From Ostreococcus lucimarinus (lineage: Eukaryota), in assembly GCA_000092065.1 (NCBI GenBank), contig CP000591.1: a stretch of 64,000 bases of DNA; one strand, written 5' to 3'. Shown here piece by piece: positions 28,167 through 37,432 of the stretch (position 1 is its first letter; every line of letters starts with the position of its first letter). Under the pieces are notes generated by a model. That model ran no database searches. It saw only the letters and a list, made by a program, of their open reading frames with translations, and was not told the origin of the DNA. A program made the translations under genes and the position numbers.

Positions 28167-29570
28167 CTACGCCGCGACAGCCATCATGCCGCGCAAAACG
28201 AGCTCGCGAAGCGCCCAAGTGGGCTTGGTGTACTTTCGCCCGTCTTTGGTGGTATACTCCTTATCCACCAACTGCATGGCCCAAAGGTAGTGGACGGATT
28301 GAATGTCGTCCTCGGCGCCCTCGACGACGGCGCCGGATTTGTCGCGAACGCAGTTGATTTGTTGGCAACTAAAAGTCAGCACGACGAGGGGCTCGTTTTC
28401 CATCAAACGAACTTCCATGAGCTCGACTTCACTTAAATCTAAGATCCTCGGATCCACGTGCTGTCCTTCGTGCTTCCAAAGGTTCATCTGCCCGGATAAC
28501 CGCTCGAGCATTTCGCTCGAAATATTCGTTTGCTTCAACGCCTCGACGTCGCCCTTGAGGTAGGCGCCGAGAACTTTGGGAATATCTCTGCGCACTTCGG
28601 CGATAAAATCGTTAATGTTAAACATCGGATCTCGCTGACGAATCATGCGATACGCCTCGCCTTGCTCGGTCTCGCTGAACAGGTTATCCTGAAAGTCTTG
28701 AATGCGGTGCACCACGGGCGAGTCGCTCGTCTCCCATCGTTCGCGCATATCCTCCGCCAGCTCCGCCCCCTTGGCGTACGGCGCGGTCTTCTTCAACCCC
28801 TCGAGCTTATCGAACGCGCTCGCGATCCCGAGCTTGGACTTCACCCCTCCCCACAACTTTCCGAACGCGCTCGGTTTCGGCGCCGCCGTCGTCGCCACCG
28901 CCGTCGTCCCGTCGTACGGTTCAAACATCGCCTCATCGTACCCCGCCGCCTTCCTTCGCTCCGCCGCCGCGTCCCCCGGATCCATCATCGCCAACCGATA
29001 CTCCTCCTTCACCGCATCGATCGCCATCGCCGCGAATCCGCTCGGCGTCGTCCACGACTTTTTCCCCCCCGCCCTCGCGTCGCCCGTCGCCGCCGCCGCC
29101 GCCCGTCGTCCCGCCTTCCGCGCCGCCTCGCCCGCCTCCCTCGCCGCGTCGTCCACCGCGTCGACGTCGATGCCCGACGCTCTCGCGCGCGCCCGCATCT
29201 CCGCCGCCGCCTCCGCCGCGTACGTCGTCGCCCGCGCGCGTAAATCATCGAATCCCCGCGCGTCCGATCGCGTCGACGTCTTCCCCGTCGCCTCGCTCGC
29301 CGCGTCGCGCGGCGCGCGCGAGCGGCGCGTCGCGTCGCCGTCGTCGCGCGTCGCGTCGCGCGCGCGCGCGTCGTCGCGCTTGAGCGCGCGCGCGGACGCG
29401 CGAAGCGACGACATCGCGCGCGCGCGCGTCGCGTCGGCGCGCGTCGTCGCGCTCGAACGCGGCGCGACGCGCGCGAGCGCGCTCGAGCGCGACGCGACGC
29501 GCGCGAGCGACGCGTCGCCGAGCGCGCGCGCGCTCAGGCGCGCGAGCGCGCGTCGCGCGCGCGTCGCCAT
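28167..29570 (-). CDS. TIM44: mitochondrial import inner-membrane translocase subunit TIM44
   Basis: In-frame ATG at 29570 of ORF 28167..29744, giving MATRARRALARLSARAL (presequence-like). C-terminal Tim44 domain: DIPKVLGAYLKGDVEALKQ...LMENEPLVVLTFSCQQINCVRDKSGAVVEG..DDIQSVHYLWAM. Confidence 0.85.
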   Translation of the reverse strand: MATRARRALARLSARALGDASLARVASRSSALARVAPRSSATTRADATRARAMSSLRASARALKRDDARARDATRDDGDATRRSRAPRDAASEATGKTSTRSDARGFDDLRARATTYAAEAAAEMRARARASGIDVDAVDDAAREAGEAARKAGRRAAAAATGDARAGGKKSWTTPSGFAAMAIDAVKEEYRLAMMDPGDAAAERRKAAGYDEAMFEPYDGTTAVATTAAPKPSAFGKLWGGVKSKLGIASAFDKLEGLKKTAPYAKGAELAEDMRERWETSDSPVVHRIQDFQDNLFSETEQGEAYRMIRQRDPMFNINDFIAEVRRDIPKVLGAYLKGDVEALKQTNISSEMLERLSGQMNLWKHEGQHVDPRILDLSEVELMEVRLMENEPLVVLTFSCQQINCVRDKSGAVVEGAEDDIQSVHYLWAMQLVDKEYTTKDGRKYTKPTWALRELVLRGMMAVAA

Positions 29571-29609
29571 GGCGGCTCGAAGTGACGCGGCGACGCGGCG
29601 CGCACTTCG

Positions 29610-31157
29610 ATGCGCGCGCGCGCCGTCGCGCGATGCGCGCGGCGCGTCGTCGGCGCGGACGCGCGACCGGACGCGCGACCGCGACCGCGCGCGGCGTCGC
29701 GTCCGCGCGCTCAAGCGCGACGACGACGCGACGAGGACGCGCATCGCGCGACGGCGCGCGGCGGCGACGCGCGCGCGCTCGGCGCGCTCATGCGCTGGCT
29801 GCGCGCGCGCGGCGTCGAAGCGTCGCGCAAGACGCAGTTCGCGCGCGGACGCATGGGCGTCGGCGGCGTCGCGATCGAGGACATGGCGCAGGGGGAGGTG
29901 ATTTTCTCGCTGCGAATGCGAGACGACGACGACGCGCCGATCGCGCTGACGACGACGGAGGTCGAGAACGAGCGCGGACCGCTGCGAACGCTGGCGAAGA
30001 TGGTGAACGCGACGAGGCTGACGAGTAGGTACGCTGGGGTGATCGAGGACGAGTGGGGATTTCCGTTGGATTCGACGCGCGCGGCGACGCTGGCGCTGGC
30101 GCTGGCGCGGGAAGTCGAGCTGGGGGACGACGCGTACTGGCGCGCGTACGTCGATTTGTTGCCTCGAGAGGTGGATAGCTTGCAGATGTGGGACGATGAC
30201 GAGCTCGAGGCGCTGCAGGGGTCGAGATTGATCGAAAGGGCGCGGCGAAGACGCGCGCTGGTGCGACGGGAATACGAAGCGACGCGCGAGGCGTTGGGGG
30301 CGACGGCGCCGTCGTACGAGTCGTTTCGATGGGCGTACGCCACCGTGCTCGCGCGCGCGTTCGTGCTTCCAGATTTGAACTGCATGGCGCTGTTGCCGGG
30401 ATTAGATTTGTACAATTCCGCGCGCGACGCGGAAAAGTGTACGGTGGAGCGACTCGGGCACGTCGAAGACGACGACGACGAAGACGACGACGAGGACGTC
30501 GCGTTCGCGAACGAGGGCGAAGCGCAAGTCACGCTTCGCGTCGGTATCGGTGGCGCGGCGGCGGGAACGCAGCTGTTTCACGATTACGCCGACCACACCT
30601 CGGGCGGGGCGTTGCTCGAATTCGGTTTCGTGTACCACGGCGAACGCGAGCGAGGCTCGGGCGTGGACGCCGTCGAGACGAGTCTTGTGCGCGCGTACGA
30701 CGCACTCGACGCGCGTTCGCGCGCGTTTCTCGCCGAACGCGTGTTCGGTGCGTTCAACGTGCGCACCAGCCTGACGTTTGAGCTCTCGAACGTGGGTGGC
30801 GTGTACAAACCCGCCCTTCGCGGCGCCGCGTGCGTTCCGCTCGAAATGTGGCGCGCCGCGAGGGCGTTGGCGCTCTCGCCCGAGCGCGCGCTCCCGGCGT
30901 CGTTAGACGACGTCTTGGACGAAGACACCGAAATTCGAGCGCGTCGCATCATCCTCGACGCTCTCAAAGCCGAGCGCGCGCGCTACGCCGCGACGTCGAT
31001 CGAGGAAGACGTCCGCGCGCTTCGCCTCGCGCTCGACGCCGGCGCCGCCGCGCGTCGAACCGCCGCCGCGCTCGACGTGCGCGTCGGCGAGAAATCCCTC
31101 CTCGACGACGTCATCACCGATTTAGAAACGAACGCGCGACGCGCACGGCGCGGATAG
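29610..31157 (+). CDS. SET-domain lysine methyltransferase (Rubisco LSMT/SETD6-like)
   Basis: Sequence: MRWLRARGVE...GRMGVGGVAIEDMAQGEVIFSL, LFHDYADHTSGGALLEFGFVY, and a C-terminal substrate-binding-like helical region. The start is either ATG 29610 or ATG 29790. Confidence 0.8.
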   Translation: MRARAVARCARRVVGADARPDARPRPRAASRPRAQARRRRDEDAHRATARGGDARALGALMRWLRARGVEASRKTQFARGRMGVGGVAIEDMAQGEVIFSLRMRDDDDAPIALTTTEVENERGPLRTLAKMVNATRLTSRYAGVIEDEWGFPLDSTRAATLALALAREVELGDDAYWRAYVDLLPREVDSLQMWDDDELEALQGSRLIERARRRRALVRREYEATREALGATAPSYESFRWAYATVLARAFVLPDLNCMALLPGLDLYNSARDAEKCTVERLGHVEDDDDEDDDEDVAFANEGEAQVTLRVGIGGAAAGTQLFHDYADHTSGGALLEFGFVYHGERERGSGVDAVETSLVRAYDALDARSRAFLAERVFGAFNVRTSLTFELSNVGGVYKPALRGAACVPLEMWRAARALALSPERALPASLDDVLDEDTEIRARRIILDALKAERARYAATSIEEDVRALRLALDAGAAARRTAAALDVRVGEKSLLDDVITDLETNARRARRG

Positions 31158-31213
31158 CTCTCGACGTGGTAAACTAGTAAACATATTTATTCGTACATCG
31201 CTCGACGGCGTCG

Positions 31214-31549
31214 TCACGCGCGCGCGTCGTCGTCGTCGTCGTCCTTCGCCTCCCCCCTCCCCTCCTCCGGCTCGTACTCCACGCGCAGCAGCGCCTCCAG
31301 GCTCTCTCGCTTATACATCAGCGCGTCCCGTTCCTTATCGATGTCCCACGCCTCGCTCGGGTCGTCCGTCCGTCGCCATCGCTTATTCTCCTCGACCCGT
31401 CGTCGCTCATCCTCATCCCAGATCTCATCGTCGTCTTTCTTCGACCACGCGCGCGCGATCGTCGACGTCCCGGTCCCGCGCGCGCGCGCGATCCATCGCG
31501 GCGCGCGCGCGACGACGCGGCACCGCGGCTTCGTCGTCGTCGGCGGCAT
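31214..31549 (-). CDS. small hypothetical acidic protein
   Basis: ATG ORF of 111 aa with a basic N-terminus followed by WDEDERRRVEENKRWRRTDDPSEAWDIDKERDALMYKRESLEALL. No family recognised. Confidence 0.35.
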   Translation of the reverse strand: MPPTTTKPRCRVVARAPRWIARARGTGTSTIARAWSKKDDDEIWDEDERRRVEENKRWRRTDDPSEAWDIDKERDALMYKRESLEALLRVEYEPEEGRGEAKDDDDDDARA

Positions 31550-31613
31550 CGACGAGTGCGGCGGCGTCGACGCGCGCGCGGATCGCGCGGCGCGCGTCGA
31601 AAATCGGTCGCGT

Positions 31614-31631
31614 ACTGTTTGCCCACACGCG
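31614..31631 (+). promoter_or_regulatory. conserved 18-mer ACTGTTTGCCCACACGCG (copy 3)
   Basis: Differs at 2 positions from the 3898/4022 copies and is in the same orientation. Confidence 0.5.
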
Positions 31632-31635
31632 ACGT

Positions 31636-31647
31636 TTTCGCGCCAAA
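31636..31647. promoter_or_regulatory. palindromic double E2F-type site TTTCGCGCCAAA
   Basis: Matches TTTSSCGC on both strands (TTTCGCGC / TTTGGCGC). To my recollection, the classic DHFR-promoter E2F element has the same 12-mer. Confidence 0.5.
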
Positions 31648-31681
31648 TTCATTGACATGTCGCCTCGCACATCGGTCGCGG

Positions 31682-31699
31682 ACTGTTTGCCCATACGCG
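31682..31699 (+). promoter_or_regulatory. conserved 18-mer ACTGTTTGCCCATACGCG (copy 4)
   Basis: Differs at 1 position from the 3898/4022 copies and ends 28 nt upstream of ATG 31727. Confidence 0.5.
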
Positions 31700-31703
31700 A
31701 CGT

Positions 31704-31715
31704 TTTCGCGCCAAA
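31704..31715. promoter_or_regulatory. palindromic double E2F-type site TTTCGCGCCAAA (second copy)
   Basis: Identical 12-mer in the second repeat unit, 12 nt upstream of ATG 31727. Confidence 0.5.
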
Positions 31716-31726
31716 TTCATTGACAA

Positions 31727-32461
31727 ATGTCGCCTCGACGACGCGGACGCGCGACGACGACGCCGGCGCCGACGCGAGAGCGCGTCGCGACGACGGACGC
31801 GACGGCGCGACGGGAGGCGGCGATGACGGCGCGCGCGACGCGCGAGCGCGACGACGGCGCGCGGGCGACGACGGACGAGGGCGGCGCGCGGGCGACGACG
31901 GACGAGGATCGCGCGCGGCTGACAAAGTATTGGTTGCGACGACGGTGCTCGACGGGATCGCACGCGAGCGAGGCGACGGAGGTGGGGATGCTGACGGGAG
32001 GGGAGAGCAGCAACGAGAGCCATCAGGCGACGGGACGGCGAGCGCGACGGGGGGGGTCGGCGTCGGCGTCGACGCCGCCGGGCGCGGGGCGACGCGCGGA
32101 GAGAGGAGGGATCGATACGCCGGGACACTTCGCGTTCGCGACGCCGATGAGCGCGAGGGTGCGCGAGGAGGGGATGACGACGCCGAGAACGCCGACGCTG
32201 GCGAACGATAGTCCGGATCGAGCGCGGTTGGATGAGCTCTTGGCGGCGCCCGTGAAGCCGAATTTCGGTACGCGGGCGGCGATCGAGTGCACGCCGCGAC
32301 ACACGCCGTTGAAGCTGCGATTTGATGATAACGTGGACGTCGTCGTGAGTGGAACGCACGCGACGAGTAAGAAGCGCGCGCGTGGGAAGTTGAGCGATGT
32401 GTTCAAGGCGACCAAGTCGACGACGCCGAGGCTCACGCGCGCGCGAAAGGCGATGTTGTGA
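31727..32461 (+). CDS. hypothetical Ser/Thr-Pro-rich basic protein (candidate cell-cycle-regulated)
   Basis: ATG ORF of 244 aa with multiple S/T-P sites (TPGH, TPMS, TPRTPT, SPDR, TPRHTPLK), an RxxL (RARLDELL) and a basic cluster (SKKRARGKL). The C-terminal half is non-repetitive. No family recognised. Confidence 0.45.
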   Translation: MSPRRRGRATTTPAPTRERVATTDATARREAAMTARATRERDDGARATTDEGGARATTDEDRARLTKYWLRRRCSTGSHASEATEVGMLTGGESSNESHQATGRRARRGGSASASTPPGAGRRAERGGIDTPGHFAFATPMSARVREEGMTTPRTPTLANDSPDRARLDELLAAPVKPNFGTRAAIECTPRHTPLKLRFDDNVDVVVSGTHATSKKRARGKLSDVFKATKSTTPRLTRARKAML

Positions 32462-32502
32462 GCGACGCGGCGGTTCGGCGCGCAGTAATAATTAATCACG
32501 AA

Positions 32503-32507
32503 TGTAA
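32503..32507 (+). terminator. TGTAA candidate poly(A) signal
   Basis: Lies 42 nt after the stop at 32461. Confidence 0.35.
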
Positions 32508-32546
32508 AACAACGACGAGAGTACTTATTTGATTACAGGTCGTCGC

Positions 32547-32574
32547 GACGACGGACGTCGAAACGTCCGTCGTC
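32547..32574. other. perfect 11-bp hairpin (GACGACGGACG / CGTCCGTCGTC, 6-nt loop) in convergent spacer
   Basis: Seen directly: GACGACGGACG-TCGAAA-CGTCCGTCGTC, between the 3' ends of 31727..32461 (+) and 32625..33584 (-). Confidence 0.8.
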
Positions 32575-32624
32575 TCGGGCAAAACACTCCAATGACACGA
32601 ACAAAGCGACAAAACTGTATATAT

Positions 32625-33584
32625 TTACTCGGAACCCGGCACGAGGTGCGGCTCGAGCGCGGCGCGAGCGAACTCGGGCAGCACGAACGCCGCGGCGTGC
32701 ACTTGCGGGTTATAATAGCGCATCGGTTTCAGCGCGCTTTCATCGGCGGGTCGCGGAAATCGCTTGGCCTTGGTGAAATCCACCGTCGACCCGTCCGCCG
32801 CGGGTTTGCTGCACATCATGAAACCGATTTGTCCGCTCGGGTAAGTCGGTATCGTGGTGTACCCGTACGCCATGGACCCACCGACGAAAATACCCTTGCA
32901 CATCTTCGCCAAGTCCTCGATCAAATCGATGTGCAACCACACGCACTCGGCTTGCGTGCACACGACGCCGCCGGGCTTGAGCGCGCGGTGCATCTTTTTA
33001 AAGAACGCCTCCTCGAACAAAACGCTCGCCGGTCCGATCGGATCGCTCGAGTCGACGATGATGGCGTCGTACGTCCCCTCCTCCGCGTCCCCGACGTACT
33101 TGATCCCATCGCAAATATTCACCTCCACTCGCGCGTCGTCGAACCCCACCGCCATCGACGGCAAGAATTTCTTCGACATCTCCACCACCATCCCATCGAT
33201 CTCCGCGATCTCGATCCTTTCGATCGATCCGTGTCGCGTCACCTCCCTGAGCACGCCTCCATCGCCGCCACCGACGACGAGCACGCGTTTCGGTTCCTCG
33301 TTCAGCGCGCACAGCGGCAGGTGCGTTATCATCTCCTGGTACGCGAACTCGTCCCGCTCCGTCGCCTGAATCACCCCGTCCAGCACCAGCACGTTCCCGT
33401 ACGCCGAGTTTTTAAACACGTACACGTCTTGAAACTCGCTCCGTCCGCGGAACAGCTCCTCGTCGATCTTCAGCGACATCGCCTGGCCTTTCCACATTTC
33501 GCTCACCTCGCACAACCATCCCTCACCGCACGCGCCGATGCACTTGTCCGCGCTCTGCGGCGCGTCGTCGGCGTATTTATTCAT
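32625..33584 (-). CDS. SPDS: spermidine synthase
   Basis: In-frame ATG at 33584 of ORF 32625..34289. Motifs: [69 protein letters not shown] and [12 protein letters not shown]. Confidence 0.9.
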   Translation of the reverse strand: MNKYADDAPQSADKCIGACGEGWLCEVSEMWKGQAMSLKIDEELFRGRSEFQDVYVFKNSAYGNVLVLDGVIQATERDEFAYQEMITHLPLCALNEEPKRVLVVGGGDGGVLREVTRHGSIERIEIAEIDGMVVEMSKKFLPSMAVGFDDARVEVNICDGIKYVGDAEEGTYDAIIVDSSDPIGPASVLFEEAFFKKMHRALKPGGVVCTQAECVWLHIDLIEDLAKMCKGIFVGGSMAYGYTTIPTYPSGQIGFMMCSKPAADGSTVDFTKAKRFPRPADESALKPMRYYNPQVHAAAFVLPEFARAALEPHLVPGSE

Positions 33585-33756
33585 CCCTCGCGCGGTCGTC
33601 GCGCGGCGACGCGGCGCGCGGACGCGGAGCGCGCGGACGCGGAGCGCGCGGAGCGAAATCGCGTCTCGGAGTGGCGGCGCCGCGCCGCACAGCTCGACGC
33701 CGCGTCCGCGTCGCGTCGCGTCGCGCGCTCGCGTCGCGACGCGCACCGCGCGCGCG

Positions 33757-35883
33757 ATGGCGCTCACGACGTCGGTCGCGAGGGCGCGCGACGCGCGCGC
33801 GAGCGCCGATCGCGTCGTCGGTTTGGTCGGCGGTCTTCGCGTCGTCGTCGACGCGCTGCGCGAGCACGCCGCGGATGGACTCGCGACGAACGTCGCGCAC
33901 GTGCGCGAGGACGCGATGTACGTCGTGTTTCTCGCGGCGAGCGTGATCGGGTTCGGGACGGTGGCGAGCGGGGAGATGATGAGCCTGCGGCGACGACGGG
34001 ACAGGGCGCGCGCGGCGCTCAAGGAGTGCGCGACGATGTTGGATCTGAAGAGCAAAGAGACGAGCGGCGCGGCGGCGACGGCGGCGGTGGGGCGGAAAAC
34101 GCGCGACGCGGGACGGGGGAAGCGGACGCGCGAGATCGGGGTCGGGAAAGACTTTTGGAACGAGTTGGGATATCTGTTAAAGGTGGCGTTTCCCACGGCG
34201 GGGAGCCGAGGAGGGCAGTTGTTGGGCGCGCAGTTCACGCTGCTCGTCATGCGCACGCTGTTGACGGTCAGGGCGAATAAGGTGAACACGTTCTATTTGA
34301 CCAAGGCCATCTCGAGCGCGTCGTGGAAGTTTTGGGTGCGGTGGTTTTTCAACTTTGGCGGTTGGATGGCGAGCGGCGTGGTGGTGAACAGCGGGCTGCG
34401 ATACACCGAGAGTTTGATCACGATCGAACTCAGAGCGGCGTTGACGAAGAAGGCGCATAAGATGTACATGGAAAACAATAACTTTTACAAGACGGCGGTT
34501 TTGCGTCAAGGCGGGTTGGATAACGTCGATCAACGCATCGTGGCGGACATCGACGCCTTCGCCAAGGAGACGGCTTTCCTGTACGGGCACTCGTTCAAGC
34601 CCATTTTGGAGTTCACGCTGAGCTTGACCGAAGCCGCGAAGGAGTTGGGCTATTCTCGCCCGCTCGCGCTTTTCGCGTCACAAATCATCATCACCGGCGT
34701 TTTGCGATCCATCGCCCCGCGACTCGGACCGATGGTCGCTCGCGAAGCCGCGCTCGAGGGCGGTTTCCGCCACACGCACGCGCGCTTGATCGCTCACGCG
34801 GAGGAAATCGCCTTATTAGACGGGGGCAAACGCGAGATTGAGATTTTAGATGAAGGCTTGGATAATTTGGTCGTCACGCAGCGCTGGCATGCGCTGCAGC
34901 GTATTCGCAAGAGCGTCGCCGACAACGTATCCAAGTTCCAAGGCTTGCTCGTGGGCAGTATTTTCGTACACGTCCCGTTCATGATGAAGGCATCAGTGTC
35001 CGAAGGCGAGCGCATTTCATCCTTCCGAGCCACCGAGGAGCTCATGCTTCGATGCGGCGGCGCGTTCACCGAAGTGTTGCTTCTCGGCAAAAATCTCGAC
35101 GAACTCGCCGGATACACGCACCGGCTTTCGCAACTGTTCAAAACGTTGGATCTCGCGAGCAAGGAAGCGCGCGAAGACAAGGCTAAACTGGCTTCGGCAG
35201 GCGCTGACCACGCCGAAGGCTCGCCGATCGTGTTCGATAAAGTCACCGTAGGAGCGCCCGAGCCGGATGGCTCGCAACGCGTGTTGGTGAAGGACTTGAC
35301 GCTCGCCGTGGCGTCGGGTCAACACTTGTTGATAACTGGTCCGAATGGATGCGGAAAAACGTCATTGCTTCGCGTGTTGGCTGGATTATGGGCGCCCGTG
35401 TCCGGCACCGTCACCAGACCGTCTGGCGTATCCAGCATCATGTGGTTGCCGCAACGGCCGTACTTGTTGCAAGGATCGTTGCGCGATCAAGTCGTGTACC
35501 CGCGCGACGCGCGCACGGAGAAGATCGTCGACGCGCGCGTGAAGGAGTGTCTGATGATGGCTGGCCTGGCCAAATTCGTGGACGGCTCCATGAACGTTGG
35601 ATTAAACACGCGGCACTTGGAGTGGAACGATGTGTTGTCCGGCGGCGAGCGTCAGAGAATCGGTTTCGCCCGCCTTTACTATCACGCGCCAAAGTTTGCC
35701 ATTCTTGACGAAGCGACGAGCGCAATCAATCCAGACGAAGAGTCCAAGCTGTACGAACGTCTCATCGAAACCGACACCACCGTCGTGAGCATCGCGCACA
35801 GGCTCGAGCTTAGAAAATTCCACAAGTTGGAACTCAAAATCGCGGGCGACGGCGAAGGCGGTTTTCGAATCCTCAAACTTTAG
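33757..35883 (+). CDS. peroxisomal-type ABC half-transporter, subfamily D
   Basis: In-frame ATG at 33757 of ORF 33538..35883. It has an ABC_membrane_2-type TMD ([13 protein letters not shown]), Walker [19 protein letters not shown] and signature [30 protein letters not shown]. Confidence 0.85.
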   Translation: MALTTSVARARDARASADRVVGLVGGLRVVVDALREHAADGLATNVAHVREDAMYVVFLAASVIGFGTVASGEMMSLRRRRDRARAALKECATMLDLKSKETSGAAATAAVGRKTRDAGRGKRTREIGVGKDFWNELGYLLKVAFPTAGSRGGQLLGAQFTLLVMRTLLTVRANKVNTFYLTKAISSASWKFWVRWFFNFGGWMASGVVVNSGLRYTESLITIELRAALTKKAHKMYMENNNFYKTAVLRQGGLDNVDQRIVADIDAFAKETAFLYGHSFKPILEFTLSLTEAAKELGYSRPLALFASQIIITGVLRSIAPRLGPMVAREAALEGGFRHTHARLIAHAEEIALLDGGKREIEILDEGLDNLVVTQRWHALQRIRKSVADNVSKFQGLLVGSIFVHVPFMMKASVSEGERISSFRATEELMLRCGGAFTEVLLLGKNLDELAGYTHRLSQLFKTLDLASKEAREDKAKLASAGADHAEGSPIVFDKVTVGAPEPDGSQRVLVKDLTLAVASGQHLLITGPNGCGKTSLLRVLAGLWAPVSGTVTRPSGVSSIMWLPQRPYLLQGSLRDQVVYPRDARTEKIVDARVKECLMMAGLAKFVDGSMNVGLNTRHLEWNDVLSGGERQRIGFARLYYHAPKFAILDEATSAINPDEESKLYERLIETDTTVVSIAHRLELRKFHKLELKIAGDGEGGFRILKL

Positions 35884-35905
35884 ATTACTTGTGATAGCAC
35901 GTATA

Positions 35906-35910
35906 TTACA
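35906..35910 (-). terminator. TGTAA candidate poly(A) signal abutting the stop codon (minus strand)
   Basis: The minus strand reads TAA-TGTAA, inside a 27-bp convergent spacer. Confidence 0.3.
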
Positions 35911-36984
35911 TTAATGCGTCGACGTCGTCAAGTATGCGAACAACAGCATGGGCGCGCCGAAGAGGCCGACCATGGTGAGCATCGCCTGCGTGTTCAGCGC
36001 CTTGACTTCTTCTTCGTCGATTTCGCCCGCAAACTTTTCGTTCGCCATCTTGATCAGGTACTCGTCGTACGCGTCTAGTTTTGCGGCGTCCATGTAATCG
36101 AATAAGTCCGATTTCATCTTCTTGGAAGCCGTCGTCATCCCCCAAATCATTCGATCCGCTTGCTTGGACACGTTTCCGTACTGGTTTCCGATGCACCGAC
36201 GATACTGCTTCAACGCCTCATCTCGGCGCTGCAAGTTGTCCAGACAGATGGCGTAGTTGAAGATTATCCTCCCGCCCATCTCCGTCTTTTGCCCGATGCG
36301 ATCGAGCGCCCACGGCTCGAGCAAATCGAGCGCGTCTTGCATGTATCCTCGCTTCATCGCCTCGCCCGAACGCTCCAAAACCTCCCGCACCTCCGCGTAC
36401 TCCGCGTTCGTCAGCGTCATCCCCTGATCCTCGCGATATTTCGCCAATTTCTTCGCCACTCTCGCCCTTCGCGCCGCGATCGCCTCCTCGTCCTCCAACT
36501 CCTCCCGTTTAACGGTTCGTCCGCCGCCGTACGTCTTCGATATATCCGGCGGTCGCTCGAACACCCCCCACGTGCTCACCGACGGTTTATACACCGCGTC
36601 CTCCACGTCGTACCCCACCGCCTTCTCGTCCGCGTCGAACGGGTCGTAATCCCGGTCCCGCGTCAAGATGCGCACCGTCACCTCCCGTTTGCGCGTCGCC
36701 CCCGTCGCGCCGTCGCTCGCCGTCTCGCTCGCGAACGTCCCGTCCGTCGTCGACGCCTCCATCGCGTCGTCCCGATCGCCTCCGTCGCCCTCCGCGCGCG
36801 CGCGCTCCATCGCCGCCGCGTACTCGCGCGCCTTTTTCACGCGATCCTCCACCGACGCGCGCAGATCGATCCTCGCGTCCGCGTCCTCGCGCGGCGCCGC
36901 GCGCGCGCGAGAGCGACGCCGTCGCGCGACGCGCGTCGGCGCCCGCGGCCGCGCGACGCGCGCGACGCGCGCCGCGCGCGCCAT
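35911..36984 (-). CDS. hypothetical organelle-targeted protein with C-terminal TM helix
   Basis: ATG ORF of 357 aa. N-terminus: MARAARVARVARPRAP... (Arg/Ala-rich). Conserved-looking block: PSVSTWGVFERPPDISKTYGGGR. The middle is helical and the C-terminal anchor is MLTMVGLFGAPMLLFAYL. No family recognised. Confidence 0.55.
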   Translation of the reverse strand: MARAARVARVARPRAPTRVARRRRSRARAAPREDADARIDLRASVEDRVKKAREYAAAMERARAEGDGGDRDDAMEASTTDGTFASETASDGATGATRKREVTVRILTRDRDYDPFDADEKAVGYDVEDAVYKPSVSTWGVFERPPDISKTYGGGRTVKREELEDEEAIAARRARVAKKLAKYREDQGMTLTNAEYAEVREVLERSGEAMKRGYMQDALDLLEPWALDRIGQKTEMGGRIIFNYAICLDNLQRRDEALKQYRRCIGNQYGNVSKQADRMIWGMTTASKKMKSDLFDYMDAAKLDAYDEYLIKMANEKFAGEIDEEEVKALNTQAMLTMVGLFGAPMLLFAYLTTSTH

Positions 36985-37042
36985 CGCGCGCGCCGCTCTC
37001 GCGCGATCGCGCGCGCGCGACCGCGCGACGTTCGCGTCTCGA

Positions 37043-37108
37043 GGTTCGACGTCGAAACCGACGCGAGGTTCGATCGCGCGCGCTCGAACCTCGCGATCGC
37101 GGGTTCGA
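37043..37108. promoter_or_regulatory. cluster of five GGTTCGA / TCGA(A)ACC motifs including a perfect 11+11 inverted repeat
   Basis: GGTTCGA occurs at 37043, 37067 and 37102. The inverted form occurs at 37052 (TCGAAACC) and 37084 (TCGAACC). GCGAGGTTCGA-N10-TCGAACCTCGC spans 37063-37094. The cluster lies between divergent ATGs at 36984 and 37139. Confidence 0.6.
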
Positions 37109-37138
37109 TCGCGCGCGCGCCGACGTCACTGCGCGTCG

Positions 37139-37432
37139 ATGCCCGCGACCGGGACGGCGTCGTCGCGCGACGAGATCGTGCCCCCGCGACGAGGCGCGCG
37201 AAATCCATGGGTGCTCGTCGGTGCGGGCGCCACGGCGGCGGTGTTGCTCGCGGGATTCGTCGCGTTCAGGGCTGGGGACGCGCGCGCGTCGCAGCGGATG
37301 ATGCGCGCGCGAGTGCTCGCGCAGGGCGCGACGGTGGCGCTGATGGTGGCGACGTCCGCGGGAGGACTGTCGAGCGCGACGTCTTGGACGCTCGCGCGTC
37401 CCGGCGCGGGCGGGACGGCGGGCGAGGGGTGA
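37139..37432 (+). CDS. HIG1 (hypoxia-induced gene 1) domain protein
   Basis: In-frame ATG at 37139 of ORF 36668..37432. Sequence RNPWVLVGAGATAAVLLAGFVAFRAGDARASQRMMRARVLAQGATVALMV matches the HIG_1_N pattern (NP.V..G...T......F..G....SQ.MMR.RV.AQG.TV). Confidence 0.75.
   Translation: MPATGTASSRDEIVPPRRGARNPWVLVGAGATAAVLLAGFVAFRAGDARASQRMMRARVLAQGATVALMVATSAGGLSSATSWTLARPGAGGTAGEG

Larger units (their letters stand above)
31603..31739. repeat. tandem duplication (about 68 bp x2) of a promoter/5' module including the start codon
   Basis: The unit ATCGGTCGCGnACTGTTTGCCCAYACGCGACGTTTTCGCGCCAAATTCATTGACA(A)ATGTCGCCTCG occurs twice, giving ATGs at 31657 and 31727. My letter count in this block had to be shifted +1 to agree with the ORF track. 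Confidence 0.85.

Noticed and set aside
37063-37118. GGTTCGATC strings resembling tRNA T-loops.
   Set aside because: The flanking bases do not form a 5-bp T-stem or an acceptor stem. They are better explained as a repeated promoter motif.
37430-37432. The HIG1 TGA as selenocysteine or a read-through codon linking HIG1 to COQ9.
   Set aside because: The COQ9 homology is in a different reading frame from HIG1. Continuing the HIG1 frame past the TGA gives Arg/Ala-rich sequence that ends at another TGA near 37630 without entering the COQ9 frame.
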